Source: Eledone cirrhosa (lineage: Eukaryota). Taken from it: 64,000 bases of DNA. Location: NCBI GenBank assembly GCA_964016885.1, contig OZ024753.1:30194001-30258000 (forward strand). Direction: 5' to 3'. Below, piece by piece: positions 53,663 to 64,000 of the stretch (its first letter is position 1; every line of letters starts with the position of its first letter). The notes beneath the pieces are model-generated. The model was not told the DNA's origin and made no database searches. It was given only the letters and a program-made list of their open reading frames with translations. Both the position numbers and the translations under genes were made by a program.

Positions 53663-54709
53663 ACAATGGCATTAGTAGCCACCAATTATTTTCCCATCAA
53701 TAGTAATTATGTTACACCATAACACAATATATATCTATTGATTTTAAACCCATGGGGTATATATAGACAGATGTAAATACAATGCATTACATTCAGTCTC
53801 TTGCCTTCTATCACTCGTAAAAAACAGCCCCAAGATACTTGAACTTCTCCACCTGCTTCAGTTCGTTCATATTAATTAGAAATATCTTGCTTCCTTAAGT
53901 CAGCCTAGGTAGATATATATATTTGATATGTTATGAGTAGGAAGGACACATAGCTGTGAAAAACACTTGCTCTAATATTTCATGCAAACATCTAAATTTG
54001 TAAATACATCTCACAACTTATGATAGTATAGATAGTACAGACACACACGCACTCTCTTTCTCTCTCACACCACAGAGAGAGAGAAGAAAAAGGCACATAA
54101 AATCATTGTTAAAAATATAATTCTATTCACTTGAGTCATTGCCAAAAGTAATCTTTCATATATTCCTTGTGAAACCAATCGAAACTATTTAACAATTTCT
54201 CATTTGCTATTTTCTTCACTGTTCATTGATATTATTGAACAATGAAATTGAACCCAGTTAATGGATCTAGTCTCTGCCACTGCAGACTGCTTTACCATCT
54301 ACTACCATATGTCTAGTGCTGTTAAACTAGCATTCTTCACAACATTGTACTTCTGACATCACTGTCTTCACAACTGCCAACATTTGAACATTGCATTCTC
54401 TCTTGTACAATAAATTCCATTGTAAATCCATATGGTAAGATATAAAATTACATAATACTCATATTAAAATTATTTCTTAGGAGGTCTGCTATGAGAAATT
54501 CAGGTCCATTATAGTTCTTCTTATTTCAATTTACCACCCTCCTCCTTATCATCAACGACATCATGTCCACTGTCCAGGCTGGCATGGGTTGGATACGTTG
54601 TTATAGTCTGAGACCAGACAGATCAGAACAACCTTATCTTGCTTGTTACATTCCATATTTGGTATAAGATAGATGTTAAACGATGATGATGATATATATA
54701 TATATATCT

Positions 54710-54900
54710 CAGCTGTACCCAACAGACAAGATGGCGAACGTATCAGCTATTCCACTCCTTCGGGTACCTTCCTCATGCATGATGCACTCCTACCGATTTT
54801 GTGAAGGAAAAACAGCAGCGTGGGAGCTGAGGACACTGAAGATCTTGACAGCAGGTGGCATGAAAGAGCAGTCAGTGAAGTCTTCATATTTGGATTGAGG
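54710..54900 (-). mobile_element. Second degenerate CRE-like endonuclease fragment
   Basis: SKYEDFTDCSFMPPAVKIFSVL, then (frameshifted) FLHKIGR, resembles KY..L....F.P.AVET.G......FL..IGR. Confidence 0.45.
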
Positions 54901-55788
54901 AAATATTTCTCAAGATGAAAAAAAAAAAGCAAGTCTTATTGAAATGGTTTTCCTTCTAAGATGAATCAGAAAGGATAGTTACTGTGTGGCCTACATGAAG
55001 CTGTCTTAAAGGTCAATAAGGTACAATTGATAAATAGGTCAATCATTTAATTATTCCTTTCACCCCGAATAGGTAAAGATTTGTTGAGAACTAAAGGTAA
55101 TTCGAGTTTTGAGATACCCTAATCCTTCTTAAAACCCTAAGACTTATTTGGATATTTAATTTTTATGAGATATCTCATGATCAAAGGCTTAAGAGGTTAA
55201 CATCTTACCCTCTCATTCCCTTTTATTTTATCTTACTAAGCTGATCATATCTATCAACATCATCATCCTGAGTCACAGAGATCTTCTCTGTGATAAGTAA
55301 TTTTTCTAGGTTGTCTCCATTGATTTAAAAAAAAACAGAATTAGTTGTTTAGTTTACATATTGAGATCCCAACCCATCCTATTTATAATGTATGGGATTT
55401 CTAGTAATGTACTTTTTTGTCATGAATAATGTTTTTTTATGTTTAAAGAAAATTGTCAGAAGAATGCTGCCACTTAAAATAAAATTCCACCGGAGATAGA
55501 TTAGCAAAATTTAATAAGCGGGAGGGTTGGAATAAGAGCGGGGTGGTATGGAGGGTTTGTTTGGAACAAAATCTGTGGAGGGCAATGATTATGTGAGACC
55601 TGAGAATATATATATATAGCAAAGGCTTAGTGGTTAGAGCATTGGGCTTACAATCATGAGGTTATAATTTGATTTAAATTTCAGATTTATGTTAATGTTG
55701 CCTCTTTACATCCATATGTTCAATACTTAGTTGATTTCTTAATTATGGGCACATATTAAACTATACTGAGCTGAACTTGTCCCTTTAA

Positions 55789-56210
55789 CCCTTTAGTATT
55801 TATATTACTCTATATATACTACTTTATTTTTGTGATAACAGCTTTATCTTGCATAATTATCTCACATAATATCGAATCAGATTTTGATATTATTTAGAGA
55901 ACAATACTTTAACCCTTTAGCATTTAAACCAGCTATATCCGGCCAGAATTTTCTCACCTCTTTCTGTTGAAACAGGCTATAACCAGTTATTCATACTTAT
56001 GTTAAGGTATTGTTCTCAAAATAAATATCAAAATCTCATAGATTCGATATTATGTGAAAGAAAGTGTTTACCGTGAAAATACAATAGTAAATATAGAGTA
56101 ATGTAAATGCTAAAGTGTTAACATAAGTATGAGCGGCTGGTTACAGCTTGTTTGAACAAATAGAGATGGAGAAATTCTGGCTAGATACGTCCAGTTTAAA
56201 TGCTAATGGG
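55789..56210. mobile_element. piggyBac-like MITE with an inverted copy of itself (55913-56117) inserted at its internal TTAA
   Basis: TTAA at 55785, 55909, 56118 and 56211. The outer halves rejoin to match 39258-39478. Confidence 0.82.
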
Positions 56211-57011
56211 TTAAAACACTTTTGATCTTTTGTTATTTCATGTATTTATTTATTTGCTGGAATTTTAATTAGTTTCCTTTGCATGCATTATTAACTTAAA
56301 GTAAGAACTTCAAAGCTTTCTGTTTTCAATTCTTTAAAACTCTCAGGCTTCAGATATTTAAAAGAGCCAGTTATTTAGAATCTTAAACATATAACCACAT
56401 CACAATGTCATATAATTATTTATATAAAGGCTCTATTTATGTATATGGGAAACATGAGTTATTGTAAACTAGACTTCTTTTTATTTAGGTGCAGGCATGG
56501 TTTTAGTTCACTTCTCAAACACGTGGTTTGGGATTTTATTTTACTGTGTGACTGACACCTCAAGCAAGTGTTTTTTTCTATATTAGCCTTGGGTCAACGA
56601 TACCTGGGAGCGAAACTGACTGGTGGAAACTGTGAGATTTAGGTACACACAACTGTGTTTGTCTCTGTTTTGGCTTCACATTTGATTTGGCCAGTGGTGA
56701 TGTTTATTTATGTTCTGCATAAACAAAAGTCCAGCTGTTCAACATATAGATCTTGAATTAGCAAGTATTAGGTTGGTACCAAGATGGGCATCTTTCCATA
56801 AAATATTGCCTCCAAAAGTTTTATTCAATTCATGCTAGCATCATCATCACCACCACCACCATCATCGTTTAACATCCATTTTCCACTCTAGCATGGGTTA
56901 GACAGGTTGACCCATTAGAGGCAAGTTGTGTCAGGTGACTGTGTCTTGCTCATGTAGGACTGTTACTGGCTAGGTTTCTATGGCTCGATGTCCTTCCTAA
57001 TGCCAACCACA

Positions 57012-57883
57012 TTTACAGTGTGAGTTGGGTGTCTTTTTGCCGTGACAGCTCTACGACCACTTTACAGTGTGAGTTGGGTGTCTTTTTGCCGTGACAGCTC
57101 TACGACCACTTTATAGTGTGAGTTGGGTGTCTTTTTGCCGTGACAGCTCTACGACCACTTTATAGTGTGAGTTGGGTGTCTTTTTGCCGTGACAGCTCTA
57201 CGACCACTTTATAGTGTGAGTTGGGTGTCTTTTTGCCGTGACAGCTCTACGACCACTTTATAGTGTGAGTTGGGTGTCTTTTTGCCGTGACAGCTCTACG
57301 ACCACTTTATAGTGTGAGTTGGGTGTCTTTTTGCCGTGACAGCTCTACGACCACTTTATAGTGTGAGTTGGGTGTCTTTTTGTCGTGACAGCTCTACGAC
57401 CACTTTACAGTGTGAGTTGGGTGTCTTTTTGCCGTGACAGCTCTACGACCACTTTATAGTGTGAGTTGGGTGTCTTTTTGCCGTGACAGCTCTACGACCA
57501 CTTTATAGTGTGAGTTGGGTGTCTTTTTGCCGTGACAGCTCTACGACCACTTTATAGTGTGAGTTGGGTGTCTTTTTGCCGTGACAGCTCTACGACCACT
57601 TTACAGTGTGAGTTGGGTGTCTTTTGTCGTGACAGCTCTACGACCACTTTATAGTGTGAGTTGGGTGTCTTTTGTCGTGACAGCTCTACGACCACTTTAT
57701 AGTGTGAGTTGGGTGTCTTTTGCCGTGACAGCTCTACGACCACTTTACAGTGTGAGTTGGGTGTCTTTTTGCCGTGACAGCTCTACGACCACTTTATAGT
57801 GTGAGTTGGGTGTCTTTTGTCGTGACAGCTCTACGACCACTTTATAGTGTGAGTTGGGTGTCTTTTGTCGTGACTCCTACATG
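57012..57883. repeat. 49/48-bp minisatellite, ~18 copies, inside a SINE family 3 remnant (56860-57011)
   Basis: Unit TTTATAGTGTGAGTTGGGTGTCTTTTTGCCGTGACAGCTCTACGACCAC. Confidence 0.95.
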
Positions 57884-60800
57884 GTCATTTTTCAGTGGCA
57901 TAGAAAAAACAAAACAACAACAAAAAAAACTATATAAAAACAACAATGATGGCAATGAGGATTTTTTCATATTTCATTATTATTTATTCAGAACAGAAAG
58001 TTCCCTATCTCCATTGATGTTGCAGGACCTTTAAAGTCTTCAGTGCTGGATTTACCATTGTGCACAGGGCCCCATTGGCCAGGGGGAAACCTATCTTCCT
58101 GCCAAAAAAATGTTTACAATGAATTTTTCAAATGTTTTTCAAATAAGGGTCCTCATAACTTAACTAACACATTTGTCCTATATCCGACACTGACAGTTTA
58201 CTTTTGAAGGAAATTATTGTTACTGCCATTTTTTAAAAAATGTTAGACAATAATAATCAAAAGAACACTGTTGTATCTGTTCATTATCATTAAGTTTTCA
58301 TTGTTATTTTCTACATTTTTTTATCATCTTTGATATTAGGTTTATTTCAACAAGCAGGAAATGGCTTGGCTGTGTAGTATTTCCAGTCTTTGTTACTAGG
58401 ATGTACTATTTGTGTATTGAGCTGGCCATTATATTACACTATTTATAGAGATTCTATGAACTTGTCCTCTAATTATTTTTATATTTTATAGAAAACATTA
58501 CAAATATGTACATATATAAACATACATACACACATACATATGTACATATAAACATACACACATACATACACACTTATATACATACATAAACATACATGTA
58601 CACATATACATACACACATATTCATTCATTCATTCCATTTTGCGTCCGCTTTTCCCTGCTTGCAAGAATGGGACGGGAACTGATTCATATATAAACATAC
58701 ATACACACATGTACATACATAAACATATATACACACATACATACACACATATGTACATACATAAACATACATGTACACATATGTATATACATAAACATAT
58801 ATGTACACATACATACATACATACACACATGTACATATATAAACATACATACACACACATGTACATACATAAACATACATACACACATATGTACACATAT
58901 ACATGCACCTAGGATTATACATGTACACATATATAAACGCTAACACACACACACACGTATATACATGTTGTTATACATGTACACATATATAAACACAAAC
59001 ACACACACACATTTATACATATATTATTATACATTCATATATACACAACACATATACACACATTGCTTCAGTATGTTTTTTTTCTCGTTTTTAGTTGTTT
59101 TTATTTATATTTGTCATGCCCCTACCCCACCACAAACATACCTCAGTTATTTTCAATGTAGGCAGAGGAAATATTTTTTTTTTAATTAGATATTAAAGGA
59201 AAAAGAAAACATTTCCACATTTAAAAAACTCATTAAATAATATAAATTTGGCGATGAGCCACTTATGTGGTATTTTAATATTTTATTTGCGCTTGCTGTT
59301 GTTACTGTTGTTGTTTAGCCACAGGTCAACCATGAGTGAGCAGATCTATGATTGACGACATTCCATCCGTGAGAACCTGTCTTTACTTTAGACATAATGT
59401 ACCTAAGACAACAATATCCAATGTGTCTTTTTTTTTTTCAGTCAATAGTGCTATTTGAGGGAAATTTGGCTGCTTTTTCTAACAGTGGTGTAGATCTAGG
59501 CCACTGGTTAGCTAAATATGTGACCTTGTTCCAATAAAATTTTAACCATTTTATTTCATTTTTGCAGTTAAATAGCTTCATTCATTAGGTTGTATAGGTT
59601 CAACTAAATTATTTGACACTTTAATGTATATATCATCATCAACATCATCATCATTTAACATCCCTTTTCTCAGCTAGCAAGGAGTGAATGGGTCTTCACA
59701 GACACAGTCAGTCCTCAAGCAGAGCTACAGACTCTTCAGATGGGCTGGAGGCCTGCATCTCACTTACATACTTTGAGTGCATTTTATCATGACACCGACA
59801 CTTGGGAGGGTGTTGTGTTTTTGCCACCGCTGAAGAACCCTCACGACCCACCCCATCAACCATTAAATCAACACCAGTACTTGACTGTTACTTTATTTTA
59901 TTGACCCTGAAAGTGTGAAAGGCAAATTTGACTTTGGTGGGATTCGAACACATTATCATCATTATCGTTTAACAACTATTTTTTTATGCTTTCATGAGTT
60001 AGATGGGTTGTCTCATTAAGAGACAAGTTAGGTCAAATGACCATGTCTTTCTCATACAGATTTGTATTGGTTTGGTTTCTATGGCTAGATGCTCTTCATA
60101 ACACCAACTACATTATGCGAACACAATGTAGCAAGTTGTAACTAAATACCACAAAGTATTTTATCTAACACTCTACCAATACTGGCAATCTGTTGTCTTT
60201 AATATTGATTTCTAACTTATCCACAAGACAAACAAATTTTGTAGAAGAGTTAAGTAAATCAACCTTATTTTATCAACCCTGGAAGATTAAAAGGTGGCAA
60301 AGTTAATCTTGGCAGGATTTGAACTCAGAATGTAAATAGCCAGAATAAATGGCTACTTTCATCGCCAATATAGCAATATCATATTATCTGATGCTCTATC
60401 AATGCTGCCAATCAACCACCATCTATGGATTGATAGTATCTCTATAAGTCAATGAGGTTCTTCATGTAAAAAAACTTGGTTTATTCTAACAGATTCAGCA
60501 ATGTTATTATTTTTTTTACTTACTTTTTCTTAACCTTACATGCAGAAAGTATTATTTTATCAAATTATGTATCTTTGTATTTAATTTATTGATTATTGTT
60601 ATCATTACCATCCTGTTTATGTGATCACTTAGGTTTTGGCCAAGATAAGGATAGACTGAAGTATGTTGTTGGGCTTATGTTAAATAATTTCCTCATGTGT
60701 CATACAGTCTGTGAGGAGGGGAAAGGGATATTCTCCGATAAATTTTAGTAATCTTTTATAAAGATAATCACCCCCTTCATTTTCATCTATCTATTTATCT

Positions 60801-61297
60801 ATATCTATATAAATATATATGTCTGTGTGTTTGTGTGTGTATATAGATATACATACATACATGTATCTATATATATACATGCATACATGTATATATAAAT
60901 GCATACATGTATATAAATATATATACACATACATACATGTATCTATATAAAAATATACGTGTATATATATATATGAACACACACGCATGCTCACATACAT
61001 ACACACAATCAGTATATTGCTGTATACAATCACAGCAGCCTTATTGTATATCAGTCAGCATGACTCAGACTCTCAGCCTGATCATTGAATAACATTATAA
61101 AGTTCATAATGAAGAAGCATTAATCATATTTTGACAACCCAGAACCACCACTACCATCATCATCATCATATATGTTTTTCCATGTTTACATGAGTTGAAT
61201 GGATCTTCTCCAGTACATTTGGCCACTTGTTGCAATCTTTTGTCAGCTCCTTCATGAGATCTTGATATCCGACTTTACCACTTCTTTGCAAATGGTG

Positions 61298-64000
61298 CAT
61301 TTTAGCTGTGTCTTATGACTTATGAAGGCCACATTTCCACCATGTGGTTAGCTCCTGAATAGGTCATTTTAGCTGTGTCTTATGACTTATGAAGGCCACA
61401 TTTTCACCATGTGGTTAGTTCCTGAATAGGTCATTTTAGCTGTGTCTTATGAATTATAAAGGCCACATTTCCACCATGTGGTTAGCTCCTGAATAGGTCA
61501 TTTTAGCTGTGTCTTATGAATTATGAAGGCCACATTTCCACCATGTGGTTAGCTCCTGAATAGGTCATTTTAGCTGTGTCTTATGAATTATGAAGGCCAC
61601 ATTTCCACCATGTGGTTAGCTCCTGAATAGGTCATTTTAGCTGTGTCTTATGACTTATGAAGGCCACATTTTCACCATGTGGTTAGTTCCTGAATAGGTC
61701 ATTTTAGCTGTGTCTTATGAATTATAAAGGCCACATTTCCACCATGTGGTTAGCTCCTGAATAGGTCATTTTAGCTGTGTCTTATGAATTATGAAGGCCA
61801 CATTTCCACCATGTGGTTAGCTCCTGAATAGGTCATTTTAGCTGTGTCTTATGACTTATGAAGGCCACATTTTCACCATGTGGTTAGTTCCTGAATAGGT
61901 CATTTTAGCTGTGTCTTATGAATTATAAAGGCCACATTTCCACCATGTGGTTAGCTCCTGAATAGGTCATTTTAGCTGTGTCTTATGAATTATGAAGGCC
62001 ACATTTCCACCATGTGGTTAGCTCCTGAATAGGTCATTTTAGCTGTGTCTTATGACTTATGAAGGCCACATTTTCACCATGTGGTTAGTTCCTGAATAGG
62101 TCATTTTAGCTGTGTCTTATGAATTATAAAGGCCACATTTCCACCATGTGGTTAGCTCCTGAATAGGTCATTTTAGCTGTGTCTTATGAATTATGAAGGC
62201 CACATTTCCACCATGTGGTTAGCTCCTGAATAGGTCATTTTAGCTGTGTCTTATGACTTATGAAGGCCACATTTTCACCATGTGGTTAGTTCCTGAATAG
62301 GTCATTTTAGCTGTGTCTTATGAATTATAAAGGCCACATTTCCACCATGTGGTTAGCTCCTGAATAGGTCATTTTAGCTGTGTCTTATGAATTATGAAGG
62401 CCACATTTCCACCATGTGGTTAGCTCCCGAATAGGTCATTTTAGCTGTGTCTTATGAATTATGAAGGCCACATTTCCACCATGTGGTTAGCTCCTGAATA
62501 GGTCATTTTAGCTGTGTCTTATGAATTATGAAGGCCACATTTCCACCATGTGGTTAGCTCCTGAATAGGTCATTTTAGCTGTCTTATGAATTATGAAGGC
62601 CACATTTCCACCATGTGGTTAGTTCCTGAATAGGTCATTTTAGCTGTGTCTTATGAATTATGAAGGCCACATTTCCACCATGTGGTTAGCTCCTGAATAG
62701 GTCATTTTAGCTGTCTTATGAATTATGAAGGCCACATTTCCACCATGTGGTTAGCTCCTGAATAGGTCATTTTAGCTGTGTCTTATGAATTATGAAGGCC
62801 ACATTTCCACCATGTGGTTAGTTCCTGAATAGGTCATTTTAGCTGTGTCTTATGAATTATGAAGGCCACATTTCCACCATGTGGTTAGTTCCTGAATAGG
62901 TCATTTTAGTTGTCTTATGAATTATGAAGGCCACATTTCCACCATGTGGTTAGCTCCCGAATAGGTCATTTTAGCTGTGTCTTATGAATTATGAAGGCCA
63001 CATTTCCACCATGTGGTTAGCTCCTGAATAGGTCATTTTAGCTGTGTCTTATGAATTATGAAAGCCACATTTCCACCATGTGGTTAGCTCCTGAATAGGT
63101 CATTTTAGCTGTCTTATGAATTATGAAGGCCACATTTCCACCATGTGGTTAGTTCCTGAATAGGTCATTTTAGCTGTGTCTTATGAATTATGAAGGCCAT
63201 ATTTTCACCATGTGGTTAGCTCCTGAATAGGTCATTTTAGCTGTGTCTTATGAATTATGAAGGCCACATTTCCACCATGTGGTTAGTTCCTGAATAGGTC
63301 ATTTTAGCTGTGTCTTATGAATTATGAAGGCCACATTTCCCCCATGTGGTTAGCTCCTGAATAGGTCATTTTAGCTGTGTCTTATGAATTATGAAGGCCA
63401 CATTTCCACCATGTGGTTAGCTCCTGAATAGGTCATTTTAGCTGTGTCTTATGAATTATGAAAGCCACATTTCCACCATGTGGTTAGCTCCTGAATAGGT
63501 CATTTTAGCTGTCTTATGAATTATGAAGGCCACATTTCCACCATGTGATTAGCTCCTGAATAGGTCATTTTAGCTGTGTCTTATGAATTATGAAGGCCAC
63601 ATTTTCACCATGTGGTTAGCTCCTGAATAGGTCATTTTAGCTGTATCTTATGAATTATGAAGACCACATTTCCACCATGTGGTTAGCTCCTGAATAGGTC
63701 ATTTTAGCTGTGTCTTATGAATTATGAAGACTACATTTCCACCATGTGGTTAGCTCCTGAATAGGTCATTTTAGCTGCGTCTTATGAATTATGAAAGCCA
63801 CATTTCCACCATGTGATTAGCTCCTGAATAGGTCATTTTAGCTGTCTTATGAATTATGAAGGCCACATTTCCACCATGTGGTTAACTCCTGAATAGGTCA
63901 TTTTAGCTGTCTTATGAATTATGAAGGCCACATTTCCACCATGTGGTTAGCTCCTGAATAGGTCATTTTAGCTGTGTCTTATGAATTATGAAGAGCACAT
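61298..64000. repeat. 67-bp minisatellite, ~40 copies, running off the window
   Basis: Unit TTTTAGCTGTGTCTTATGAATTATGAAGGCCACATTTCCACCATGTGGTTAGCTCCTGAATAGGTCA, with 65-bp variants. Confidence 0.97.

Noticed and set aside
54729-54898. AAGATGGCG (YY1/Kozak-like) start of a small plus-strand protein
   Set aside because: The opposite strand reads as a degenerate CRE-type endonuclease, and the ORF is short with no donor site.

Overview
This is AT-rich, repeat-dense animal genomic DNA. The dominant tRNA-derived SINEs and the microsatellite landscape suggest an octopod cephalopod, which is an inference from repeat resemblance and not a database result. The only host coding sequences I can confidently recognise are two diverged clarin-family (CLRN-like) first coding exons on the minus strand (1128-1362 and 17449-17686). 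Both end at an equivalent phase-1 splice donor, and I found no clarin exon 2 or 3 between them. This suggests tandem alternative first exons spliced to shared downstream exons left of the window. Other content: (1) a Penelope-like GIY-YIG fragment and six hammerhead-ribozyme-like motifs, five of them in short islands within a (TA)n field; (2) an ~820-bp near-perfect palindrome; (3) five minisatellite arrays of 48, 18, 22, 49 and 67 bp, three of which appear to have expanded from inside SINE copies; (4) nested piggyBac-like and hAT-like MITEs, a Helitron-like element, and RTE and CRE LINE remnants; (5) more than 20 copies of one SINE; (6) a candidate ETS/CRE promoter near 46.6 kb. Nearly all long ORFs in the track are repeat artefacts. 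All alignments and folds were done by eye.
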